Source of the DNA: Octopus bimaculoides
Taxonomy: Eukaryota
NCBI RefSeq assembly: GCF_001194135.2
Contig: NC_068984.1
Span: 37,512,044-37,569,584 of the forward strand
DNA length: 57,541 bases
Direction: 5' to 3'
Below, one piece after another: positions 1 to 10,692 of this stretch. The notes beneath the pieces are model-generated. The model did no database searches. It was not told the DNA's origin and saw nothing but the letters and a program-made list of their open reading frames with translations. The translations under genes and the position numbers were made by a program. How positions within the stretch are numbered: position 1 is the first letter of the stretch; each line of letters begins with the position of its first letter.

Positions 1-705
1 AGGATGATAAAGGAGGTTTACAAAAGTATATATATATATATATATATATTTATTTATTTATTTATATACTTAGTACATATATAAAGAGAGAGAGATGTAT
101 GTATTATATATGTACTTTTGATCTACTTTGATTCAGTTTCGGATTTTCTTGACGAGTGGTTTATTTTATTTTTGAGTTAATTTTTGATTTTTGCTTTTCT
201 TTTTTTAACAGATGGTGATATGTGATTCCTAATTAAGCGTGGTGTAAGTTGGCGAAGGAAGCAGGTATTTGGGAAGAGTGGAATAGAGGAGGATACAAGA
301 ACAGTATAGTTTTGTAGAATATGAGACGGCAGAAAGGTAAAGAGAAGAAATTCATTTTGGTTTGCTGTGATATTTTTATTATCGTACTCTGTACACTTAG
401 TATTTGGTATCAAGACTGAATTTATTCCATTAGGTACTGAGATAGAAGCTGTCTTTTAATTTTATTTCATATCTTGTAATATTTCTCTATGCAAATACGA
501 ACTACATTTCGTACAGAAAAGAGATACGATGGATTGTTTCAACATATATGATTCGTTATTCTTTTAATATTTCAAATTTGTAAACTGCATACAAGCAATA
601 GATATTCATTAATGCCAAATTCTACGGTAATTAATCCAACTACTAAACTCATCCTAATTTTGATTTTAAAGTAGAAATAAGACACGGCTACTATCAGTAC
701 ACTCA

Positions 706-753
<48 letters not shown>

Positions 754-881
754 TGTGTGTGTGTATTTGCATATATGTGTGTATGTTTGTGTACACATAT
801 ATGATGTATCTATGCATATATACATATATATATGTGAATATATATACATTTATATATGTACATGTATATATATTTATACAT

Positions 882-1518
882 AGGCGCAGGAGTGGCAGTG
901 TGGTAAGTAGCTTGCTTACCAACCACATGGTTCCGGGTTCAGTCCCACTGCGTGGCACCTTGGACAAGTGTTTTCTACTATAGCCGTGTACCAAAAACCT
1001 TGTGAGTGACGGAAACTGAAAAAAGCCTGTCGTGTGTATATATATATATATNNNNNNNNNNNNNNNNNNNNNNNNNNNNNNNNNNNNNNNNNNNNNNNNN
1101 NNNNNNNNNNNNNNNNNNNNNNNNNNNNNNNNNNNNNNNNNNNNNNNNNNNNNNNNNNNNNNNNNNNNNNNNNNNNNNNNNNNNNNNNNNNNNNNNNNNN
1201 NNNNNNNNNNNNNNNNNNNNNNNNNNNNNNNNNNNNNNNNNNNNNNNNNNNNNNNNNNNNNNNNNNNNNNNNNNNNNNNNNNNNNNNNNNNNNNNNNNNN
1301 NNNNNNNNNNNNNNNNNNNNNNNNNNNNNNNNNNNNNNNNNNNNATGCTGGTGTGTTTACGTCCCCGTAACTTAGCGGTTCGGCAAAAAGAAAGGATGGA
1401 ATAAGTACTAGGCTTACAAAGAATAAGCCCTGGGGTAGATTTGCTTGACTAAAGGCGGTGCTCCAGCATGGCCGCAGTCAAATGACTGAAACAAGTAAAA
1501 GAATAAAAGAAAAGAATA
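882..1518 (+). mobile_element. tRNA-derived SINE family A (head 882-1035, internal microsatellite/N-gap, 3' half 1345-1518)
   Basis: Head has A-box TGGCAGTGTGG, B-box-like GGTTCAGTCCC and CORE-like CACCTTGGACAAGTG. The 3' half matches the copy at 12625-13025 and ends CCAGCATGGCCGCAGTCAAATGACTGAAACAAG plus an A-rich tail. Confidence 0.85.
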
Positions 1519-3524
1519 CATAAAAATATAAATATGTATATGTGCAAACACGCACACACATACACGCACAGAAAATAGACGTGTGTGTACTTGTAGGTGC
1601 GCGCGCGCGCGTGTAAGTGATTCAGTAAGTCAGATTTATCTAGCTAGCTAGATAGAGAGAGAGAGGGGGGAGAGAGAAAGAGAGAGAGAGGGAGAGAAAG
1701 AGAGAGAGAGAGAGAGAGGGAGAGAGAAAGAGAGAGAGGGAGAGAGAAATAGAGAGAGAGAATTAGCAAAAAGGACAATGGCAGAGGCGGGGTGGGGATG
1801 AGAAGAAGAATGGGAATGAAAGAAAAAGATGGGGAAAGGAAGCTGAAAGATAAAACGATACTTGAAATTACCACAAAAGTCTCCAAACTGCAAATTGGCG
1901 CCCAAAATGGCATGTCTGAAAGAGCTGCAAGTTCTAACATTGTTATGAAGTTATTAATGAATGTAACAAATTGACAAAAAGTGAAATGTGAATAGACGCA
2001 ATAGAAATTTTACTTCCTCCTCTTTATACGCTTCATCCTCTTGCTTTCCCTCTCACTTCATTTTTTAATGACACCACCACCCGTTTTCTTTTGCCGTCCA
2101 TTATAAATTTTTTTCTCTCTTTTCTACTGAAATGTGTTGTATTTGTGTTTTTTTTTTTCTTTTATTTCTTCTACTTCTTTTGTCTAGAGGGCTTAGACAA
2201 GTATTTTACACTACTTTTCCTTTTCGGCTCGAATTTCTTTCATAAGCTGATACGTAGTCAATAATACAATGCCAAACGAGTACTGGCTTCAGAATATCTA
2301 TGTCTACCCAAGAACCCGACACCTTACATTGACTTAACACATACGGCCTCATTGAAAGTGTGGCAGAATTACCGATCACCATCCAAACAGTGCCAAAATC
2401 TATACCAATCAAATTTGTGAGTGTGTACGACTGTGTATGATGCTAATATATGTATGTATGANNNNNNNNNNNNNNNNNNNNNNNNNNNNNNNNNNNNNNN
2501 NNNNNNNNNNNNNNNNNNNNNNNNNNNNNNNNNNNNNNNNNNNNNNNNNNNNNNNNNNNNNNNNNNNNNNNNNNNNNNNNNNNNNNNNNNNNNNNNNNNN
2601 NNNNNNNNNNNNNNNNNNNNNNNNNNNNNNNNNNNNNNNNNNNNNNNNNNNNNNNNNNNNNNNNNNNNNNNNNNNNNNNNNNNNNNNNNNNNNNNNNNNN
2701 NNNNNNNNNNNNNNNNNNNNNNNNNNNNNNNNNNNNNNNNNNNNNNNNNNNNNNNNNNNNNNNNNNNNNNNNNNNNNNNNNNNNNNNNNNNNNNNNNNNN
2801 NNNNNNNNNNNNNNNNNNNNNNNNNNNNNNNNNNNNNNNNNNNNNNNNNNNNNNNNNNNNNNNNNNNNNNNNNNNNNNNNNNNNNNNNNNNNNNNNNNNN
2901 NNNNNNNNNNNNNNNNNNNNNNNNNNNNNNNNNNNNNNNNNNNNTATATATATATATATATATATATGGGAGGGTGTATATGTGTGCGTGTGCATGCGTG
3001 TGAGGGGTGTATGTGTGCGTATGTTTTGTGTGTATGAATAGCCAACATTCCTGGAAAGTCTTGGTTATGTTTATATGGTTGTTCCTATATTTCATAAGTG
3101 TAGGTCAAAAGTTTCATGTTAAAAGCGGGAAAATTGCTTTCTTTTCCATATATATATATGCGACCATAAATTTTCTCCATGGGAGGCGAAATATCGCGGC
3201 CTAGTCTAAATTTATTTTGAAGTTAGAATCATTAAAGAGAGCATAGAGTTCTTGCAATTGTAGCTATTTCAACGTCGTTAGATGGTGCTCAGCTGTAGTC
3301 TTAACAGAATAATATATGCTGTGTCTGTAAATTGCATAAATCTGAATGCAGATGGGGAGTTAATCCTTCGAAAATACTATGCCTTTTTTTTACAATAATT
3401 GTAAGACAAATATTATATAAAATAACCTTAGAGAAAATGTGGGAAGTTATTGTGTTCAAGAAAGTATGTGTTTGTGTGCCTCCAAACAAACGTACATAAA
3501 CATAAATGCATATGTGTCTGTGTG

Positions 3525-3580
<56 letters not shown>

Positions 3581-4151
3581 GACGTCTGTGTGTGTGTGCG
3601 TATGTGTGTGTGTAGATATATATATTTATATATATACATATTCATATGTATATATATACATAAATATGTGTACATACACATTCACAGATACACATGCATA
3701 CACACTGACTCATACATACACAAACACACACATATACATATACATATGTATATGTATACATATATACACAAATACATACATCAGATAGCCTCACATACAT
3801 ACGCAGAGTATACCCTTATACATTGCTTCATGCACATACATGCCCGTACACACGCATGTACATGCACCCAATAGCTTTATACGCACTCATACACACTCAC
3901 ACGCGCCTCCATACCTGAATATACACATAGATACGATAGGTTCATAGACATAGACACATTAGCTTTATAAACACACACATGTTCTTGCTCTTACACATAT
4001 GCCAAGTCAGCGTTGCTGCCGTACCACCCATGTTTCAAGTATTCTTCCTCTTCCGGTCATTTCAGCATGCGGTAACCATCTTATTCAGACACGTCTGCTC
4101 GTTTCTCTCTTTATCTATCCTGTCCGCAAAACAGTATATGCTCGAAATGTA

Positions 4152-4700
4152 ATATTAACTGTGGAACTCGAAGCAATCCAATGAAACTACACAAAGAAAA
4201 TCGTCTCAATGCAACGTATCAGCAACTGGGAAACACTGAAATAATTAAAACTCTTCTCTCTAGAACAAAAGCAGGAAAGATATGCAATGATATACATCTG
4301 GAAAATCCTGGAAGGCCTTGTACCAAACTTTGGCATTGAAAGTTACGCAAACAGCAGTACGGGGGTCTACAGCATAATGATAAAGATCCCAGCATCTCCA
4401 TCAAAATACAGAACCAGATACTGCAACGGTTTTGGTTTCAAGGACCCACAGCTCTCCAATATCCTTCTAAAATGCCTGAAAGGTGTGGATGTCAGCAAAA
4501 CTAGATCTCCTCCTGTCAAGGGTTCCAGATGACCCCACCTCGCGGCAAGAAACACAGATGAGGGCAGCAGCATCAAACCCCCTCATTCACCAAATGCCAC
4601 ATATCAGAGGCGGTTTCAAATAATGAAGTAGTACAGTCAACGGTGATGCCCCAGCATGGCCGCAGCTTTGAAGCTGAAACAATTTAAATATTTTAAAGAT
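4152..4700 (+). mobile_element. 5'-truncated CR1/L2-group LINE, ORF2 C-terminus plus 3' UTR (degenerate)
   Basis: Translates to LTVELEAIQ*NYTKKIVSMQRISNWETLK*LKLFSLEQKQERYAMIYIWKILEGLVPN, matching the post-RT LxLxSLExRR..IY.WKIL.G motif. Contains stops and frameshifts. Confidence 0.7.
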
Positions 4701-4864
4701 TATGTATGCATGTATGTATGCATCGATGTGACTCTATCCTTTACTTGTTCTTCTCTCCCCACTCTCTCTATCTCTCTCCCTTTCGTTTCTCCTCCTCATC
4801 GTTTTCTTTCTATCTGTCCCTCTCTCTCTCTCCCTCTTCCTCCTTTACTCTCTCTCTCTCTCTC

Positions 4865-5316
4865 TCGTTACTCACACGTGCCCATCGTCCATCCTTCCTT
4901 TCCTTACGTGATCTTGTCCTTCAATCTCTTGCGCAGTTCGAACGCATTTGTACCTGTCTCCTCTCTTTTCTCTTATCAAAGAAACTTCTTCAAGCGTTCA
5001 CCATTTTTACCTCGTCTGTGCCTAACGGCCCTTCTTGTTTGTATTCGTTCCGTTTGGTTTGTTATATGTCCTGTTTTTGTTACCAACTTTGACCCTCCGC
5101 AAATCCCTTTTTTTTTTTCGGTTCACTGGTGCAACTGCCTTCAAAGTCTTATCTTGTTTGCATGCTGAAAATAAGAAGTAGAAAGACAGCCAACAACTGA
5201 TGAAGAGTCGTTTTTATATGTTACTTATTTTGTTTTCCATTCGTTTCTCTTTTTTTTGTGTACCCAACATTATTTTCGCATTTTATGTTTGTTTACGTTT
5301 TTGTAACGTCCTGTAC
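4865..5316 (+). mobile_element. Repeat family F copy (ORF-less, Penelope pLTR-like); reverse-complement homolog of 50717-51300
   Basis: Colinear similarity to the reverse complement of 50717-51140 (e.g. TGTTTTTGTTACCAACTTTGACCC, CAGCC.ACAACTGATGAAG, ACGTCCTGTAC). Confidence 0.75.
5148..5208 (+). ncRNA. Degenerate copy of the putative permuted hammerhead ribozyme
   Basis: CTTA-TC-TTGTT ... ATAAG ... AACAA-CTGATGA-A-GAGT, in the same order and with the same 15-nt linker as 50816-50878. Confidence 0.45.
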
Positions 5317-5364
5317 TGATATATGCATAGCTATATGCATATATATATATATATATATATACAC

Positions 5365-5412
<48 letters not shown>

Positions 5413-5498
5413 CGTGAGAGAGTTAGGGGTTGGGGGTACAACCCACTAAGGGATAGTATCTATCCAGTATACTGCTGATATATATATATATATCATTT

Positions 5499-5568
5499 TA
5501 CATGTCTACACCAATATGCATGCTACACATTACACAATGTGTAGCAAGCATAGTGGAGTAGACATGTA
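5499..5568. other. 70-bp near-perfect hairpin
   Basis: Arms TACATGTCTACACCAATATGCATGCTACACATT / AATGTGTAGCAAGCATAGTGGAGTAGACATGTA: 33 bp, 3 mismatches, 4-nt loop ACAC. Confidence 0.85.
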
Positions 5569-6187
5569 TAATAATTTATTATACACTGAAATTATTACAT
5601 GATGAAGGCTGCGAAACGGCCGTAATCTTACGGATATCAAGTGGTTAAATAAATATATTCACCTCTCATATCTCCTGACGTTTTATGTTCTCTCTCTGTC
5701 TCTCTCTCTCTCTCTCTTTCTGCCTCTCTCTTTCTGTTTCTCTCCCTCTCACACATACACACTCACATACACACACACACACACACACGCACAAACACAC
5801 ACACAAATATGGCTTCACAGTAATGTTTTTGCTAAAAGCAGAAAGACTATGTAGCTGACAACCGGAGGGTTGGGATATCGATCTGCTTGTCATTTCACTT
5901 CGACTTTGATTTATCTATTGTAAAGAAGTGTAAATCTGTCTAGATGTTTGAGGTTACTAATGGGGCAGTGTAGATTTAATAAACTAAAGCTAAGCTTAAA
6001 AAGAGCTTACATTAATATGCTTGTACGAAGTAAGTTAACTTTGCTGTCACCAAAATGTAGCATACTACTACACATTTCTCTGGCAAGATTTATACTCCAA
6101 AAGCAAAATTCTTTTTTTTTTAAATGAAATGTAAGGTAATAGGAATAAACATATTCCATCCCAGTTTTCAACTACAGTTTCAACTTA

Positions 6188-6320
6188 TAGCTCTATATTT
6201 AAGAGATGAGGAGTTACGTACATTATTTACATTATTTGCATATGCCCGTGGGCACATGGCGTAGTGGTTAAGAGTGCGGTCTACTAACCCCAAGATTCCG
6301 AGTTCGATTCCAAGGAGCGA

Positions 6321-6371
<51 letters not shown>

Positions 6372-6517
6372 CATCGAAAAATACCTTGGGAATGAGAACC
6401 CAGGTTAGAAATTTCACCAAGACACCTAATGAAGGCTGGAGGTTATATCAGCCTAAACGTTGTGTTAACAACAAGATGAGGACAAATATCCGTTAAATGT
6501 AAATAATGTAAATAATG
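6188..6517 (+). mobile_element. Chimeric non-autonomous element: inverted end copy + tRNA head + (TAA)n + hammerhead-like tail, flanked by a 15-bp direct repeat
   Basis: Direct repeat TACAGTTTCAACTTA at 6173-6187 and 6518-6532. A-box TGGCGTAGTGG and B-box GAGTTCGATTCC. GTACATTATTTACATTATTT (~6218-6237) is inverted relative to ~6501-6520. Confidence 0.75.
6422..6465 (+). ncRNA. Minimal type I hammerhead ribozyme relic (two core substitutions)
   Basis: ACAC-CTAATGA-A-GGCTG(gaggttatat)CAGCC-TAAA-CG-TT-GTGT. Stems I and II are intact; the core deviates from CUGAUGA and GAAA. Confidence 0.6.
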
Positions 6518-6979
6518 TACAGTTTCAACTTAGGTCCGAAGCCAGCATCCAAAAGTTGATAGAGATAGGAAATGTGTTTCGAAAACTCTGAGAGCGGGGC
6601 TTGATACACGTAGAAGACTACTAAAAGACTAATAAAAGTGAAATTAGAAACATTCAAGTCAACAAATGGAAAATTATTATTGCTTTAAAACAACATAAAG
6701 GTAAAGAAAGTTGTTTTTTTTATACAAAATTGTTTAAAAAAAAGAAAAGTAAGGTAATAGGCATAAACATATTCCATTCCAGTTAACTATGAAATTTTTA
6801 TAACAAGCACAACTCAAAAAAGAATTCAGAAAAGTGAAAACGAAAAATGTGAAATAAAACTATTGTGCAAGATTTGAGTGTTGAAGTAAGCCAATGCAAA
6901 AGCGCACATTCTCAGTGGTTGCGGAGAATTCTCTATGTGTTAAATAATTTGGCAGTTGTGCGCATTTCCTTTTCCAGAC

Positions 6980-7790
6980 TAAATGGATTTATATTTATTC
7001 TCATGAACAATAAACATTGTCCCATCTACTTGATTCTAAAGACTTTTGGCCAATGAAATTCTGAAACTTGCAAAATTGAAAAGATACCTTGAGACAAAGC
7101 ATTCTTCCTATATCGATAAATATGTACAGTTCTTCGTAAGGCTATTGGAATCATAAGAAGAAGAAAGACAGTCACTTGAAACTTGAATGACAATTACTCG
7201 GTTCAAAATGAAGTATTTAAGAACATCTTATGAAGTTTCTTACTCAGACGCAAATTCTAGCATTGAGGAAGAACATTTCCCAACGGCAATTAGAATGAAT
7301 AAAATTGTTTCCGGTCAAAAATCAGTTAACGAATTAAAAAAAAATTCCTGTCAAATAATATTACGCGAAGACAAGTCTTGGACGTTTATAATGACCAACT
7401 CGGGCAACTTATTGGAAATATCAAAGCAAGTTCAAGATTTGCAATTCAGCTGGACAAATTGACTGACATTAAAAACTTGGCACAGCTACTAGCATATGTC
7501 AGATATAGTTAAAATAACAGGATTCATTAAGATTTACGATTTTGTCGATCGTTAGACAGACGTGCAAACAAGCAAAGCGATTTTTCAGAAGATATATTTG
7601 TGTAGGGTGGTGAAGTAGGTTTACTATAGAATAACTGAGTTGAAGAGTGCACAAATAGTTGCATTTCAATTTAGAGCAATATACCTTCTATTATTAGTGG
7701 ACAAGAAAATTTCTTTAGATGTGAATGTGTTTGAACAAAGATACAGTTAAAGTTATCAACTTCATTAAAATCCCCGAAATGATGAGAAGC
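6980..7790 (+). pseudogene. hAT (Buster/Charlie-like) transposase relic
   Basis: Frameshifted translation gives LANEILKLAKLKRYLETKH, FAIQLDKLTDIKNLAQLLAYVRY and DTVKVINFIK, motifs typical of ZBED5/SCAND3-type hAT transposases. Confidence 0.8.
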
Positions 7791-7917
7791 AATGTGGATC
7801 TCGGAGGGGTTTGAACTCATAACGAAGAAACAACGCAAAGCATTTCTTCTGATGCTTTAGCTATTCTGCTCATCCGCCATAGTAATAATAATTCTTTTTA
7901 ATTTTGGCACAAGGCTA

Positions 7918-8035
7918 ACAATTTTAGGGAGGGAAAAAAGTTGATTATATCATCCCTGGTACTTGACTGGTATCTATTTTTCTGACTCCAGAAAGAAGGA
8001 AAGCAAACATGGCCTCGGCGGTATTTGAGCTCAAA
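7918..8035 (-). mobile_element. SINE family B fragment
   Basis: Reverse complement TTGAGCTCAAATACCGCCGAGGCCATGTTTGCTTTCC..ATACCAGTCAAGTACCAGGG resembles 27352-27567. Confidence 0.65.
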
Positions 8036-8109
8036 AAGTGGAGGGTCGAAAAAACTGTCCCAAGGAATTTTATCAGACACCTAAATGAATCTACCACCTC
8101 GCCGCAATT

Positions 8110-9050
8110 TTAATGGCTTCAAATTGTGACATCTGGCCAGCACTTCTGAGTAGAAGGTCTCATTTTATACGATGCTTATATACTACAACATCAGTACGGT
8201 GAGCCTAATTCTTCGCCGCGATTTTAAAAACCAGGTTAATACTTTGATATACATTAGCACCAGTCGATGGAGCAGACGCGCTTTGCACATATCAGCAAGA
8301 ACCATTATTTCTTCCTCAACACCGAGTAGATGTGATGGTACTGCTACTGGTAACCTGATTGATCTTGTGACATTGGGAACGAATTGTTTCTGCTTGCTAC
8401 CGGCCCAGTGATTTTGCTCTTAAAACATCGGTAGCCCATTTGAAGCTTGCTACTGTTGATATTACCTCTACCTTCACCTACCAATCTCTGACTTTTCTGC
8501 GTTTCTCTTCTTCTAAACAGAAAGCACTCAAGCAGCCTTTACTCCCTTTCCCATTAGTCTCATTGGTTTTGTCTTCAACCGCTTAATAGGATACAATTCC
8601 GAGACAGCTTTGTGGTCCTTGCTTCTTATTAACTATTCAGAAACCAAGCGAACTCGTGTTGCCACTGGTCATCTCTACGCCCACATTATTGCACAAAGAT
8701 GATTCAACCCACAGGACAGGATCCGAATATTCCTGAAATCCATTTACTGTGAGGGGCGAACATTTAGAAAGCGTATGGCGCATCATCTGCGTGTCTTATA
8801 GATTTATTCTCGGTTTTAAAATGCAGACACGCCATCATATGCCCTAACAGACACACGTTCAGCACACACTTGCCAGTGTCTTCCTCAATTCTTCGTTTCA
8901 AGATCATATGAAAAACTCTGCAATTTTTAATGAGTGGTTTGTCATCTTTCACCTATCCTTTCGGGTATAAATCCATCAGAGAAGGAAGTTTTTTGTAATA
9001 TACCACACCCACAACACTCCTTTTATTTGAAGTGGCTCCAGTCGAACCTC
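8110..9050 (-). pseudogene. Highly degenerate piggyBac-like transposase relic
   Basis: Scattered motifs in the expected order across frames: PHSKWISGIFG (~KPHKWGIKIF), GEGRG, WAGSKQKQ and LADM...YIKVLTWFL. No TIRs found. Confidence 0.45.
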
Positions 9051-9274
9051 AGTTTCTCTCACAACATTAGCAACTGATGGAATGGTATAGTTTTCTTGCT
9101 AGTAGTAATAGTGTACTGTCGACTTTTCTTTACATCCTTCAGGGGATAATTAAATATGTTACCAGTTAAAATTTTATAAAATTTCGAGAGAACGAAAACT
9201 GATTCTGTTTAGAATATTTCGAAGAACACACATAAAGCTACAAATAATAGCAAGTAGATGTTGGGTTGAAAAAT

Positions 9275-9340
9275 CCGCACATGGAACTCGAACCCCCATC
9301 TTCTGTAGACATGGCAGATATTCTGCCATTCTACCAGAGC
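9275..9340 (-). pseudogene. tRNA-like fragment (pseudo-tRNA or SINE head)
   Basis: GCTCTGGTAGAATGGCAG...GGGGGTTCGAGTTCC has A- and B-box-like motifs but no complete cloverleaf. Confidence 0.45.
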
Positions 9341-9518
9341 AATTCTTCGAATTTCTCAATCCAAAAGTGGTTTTAAACCTAGTGTATTTACCTATTATTA
9401 TCTATAGCCTTATATCTGTACTTCGAGATAAAAAAAAAAATTAGTTCAACGTTTTCTCGAAAGTTTATGAATTTGTCAAGACGTCACTAGCACATGCAAA
9501 CACACACAAGCACACGCG

Positions 9519-9586
<68 letters not shown>

Positions 9587-9589
<3 letters not shown>

Positions 9590-9785
9590 AGAATTCACAA
9601 CAAAAAACAGAAGAAGAAGACAGGTGGTGTAGACAACAAACAGATGTATTAGTTTAACGCTCGGGAAGTGAAAAGGTCTTTAACGTTTCGAGCCTATGCT
9701 CTTCTACAGAAAGGAACACAGAAAGAAACAAGGAAAGAAAATAAAGAATGTGCAGTGGCTAGCCATCTATCATGGCGAATGCCGA
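9587..9785 (-). mobile_element. Penelope pLTR-like repeat (family G) with hammerhead motif
   Basis: Homologous to 21715-21870, contains the HHR-like motif at 9678-9713 and abuts (TA)n. Confidence 0.6.
9678..9713 (-). ncRNA. Minimal type I hammerhead, CUGUAGA core variant
   Basis: CTTT-CTGTAGA-A-GAGC(atag)GCTC-GAAA-CG-TT-AAAG. Stems I and II are perfect; palindrome AACGTT at stem III. Confidence 0.65.
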
Positions 9786-9875
9786 TATATATATAAGCGT
9801 GTGTGTGTGTGTGTGTACGCGCGCGTGCGTGCTTATGCATATACTCACAGAATCAGAGATAGGTATATCTATCGC

Positions 9876-9876
<1 letters not shown>

Positions 9877-9950
<74 letters not shown>

Positions 9951-10010
9951 TTCTGTTTAGAATATTTCGATAGATAGATAGATAGATAGATATTCTGTTT
10001 AGAATATTTC

Positions 10011-10088
<78 letters not shown>
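9877..10088. repeat. (GATA)n microsatellite with two 21-bp foreign inserts
   Basis: GATA array interrupted at 9950-9970 and 9992-10012 by ATTCTGTTTAGAATATTTCGA. Confidence 0.95.
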
Positions 10089-10089
<1 letters not shown>

Positions 10090-10270
10090 GTGCATGCATA
10101 GATGTATATGCATATGTTTTTGAGCGTGTGTATGGTCAGGTTCCAATTACACATATATTTGTTTAGCTTATGAAGTCCAGTGTATACTTTCACAATTCCC
10201 AGTGGAGCACTTCGTTAGCTTGACAAATCAACAAACCACCATCACCGTTTCAAGCATCATCATCATCAAC

Positions 10271-10302
<32 letters not shown>

Positions 10303-10639
10303 CATGCTCTGAGCATCATCGTCTCGTCTTCCTGTATCAATCAATAATCAATCAGGGATTTCTATAGGTTTTTGTTTTTCGAGGGGATGGCGGATTCGGT
10401 TTCGAACTGGTTTTAGTAGAATTTTTTGTTGTTTTATGAGGTTTTTTTTTGTTTTCTTCTTTGCTTTTATAAGCCACTTTATAGATTGCTATATTATACT
10501 TTCCAGCAAATAACAAACATATGTGTGCACATACACCTTTGTGTGTATATAGTATGTGTGTGTGCGTGCGTGTGTGCGTGCGTGTGTGCGTGCGTGTGTG
10601 CGTGTGTGTGTGCCTGTATGTGTGTCTGTCTGTCTGTGC

Positions 10640-10692
<53 letters not shown>

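Noticed and set aside
110-560. Minus-strand frame with CTKCSSYLH and compositional bias suggesting an old LINE/PLE
   Set aside because: No diagnostic motif; many stops.
2206-2420. Minus ORF beginning IGIDFGT (Hsp70/sugar-kinase-like motif); plus-strand GTGAGT donor at ~2417
   Set aside because: Similarity stops after 7 residues, and no plus frame links a good acceptor to the donor without stops.
6245-6325. Functional tRNA gene (also 9275-9340 and other SINE heads)
   Set aside because: Acceptor stems are incomplete and the heads are fused to repeat bodies, so they are SINE heads or pseudogenes.
9877-10088. Repeat-spacer appearance (CRISPR-like)
   Set aside because: It is a GATA microsatellite with two identical inserts in a eukaryotic context; no unique spacers or cas genes.
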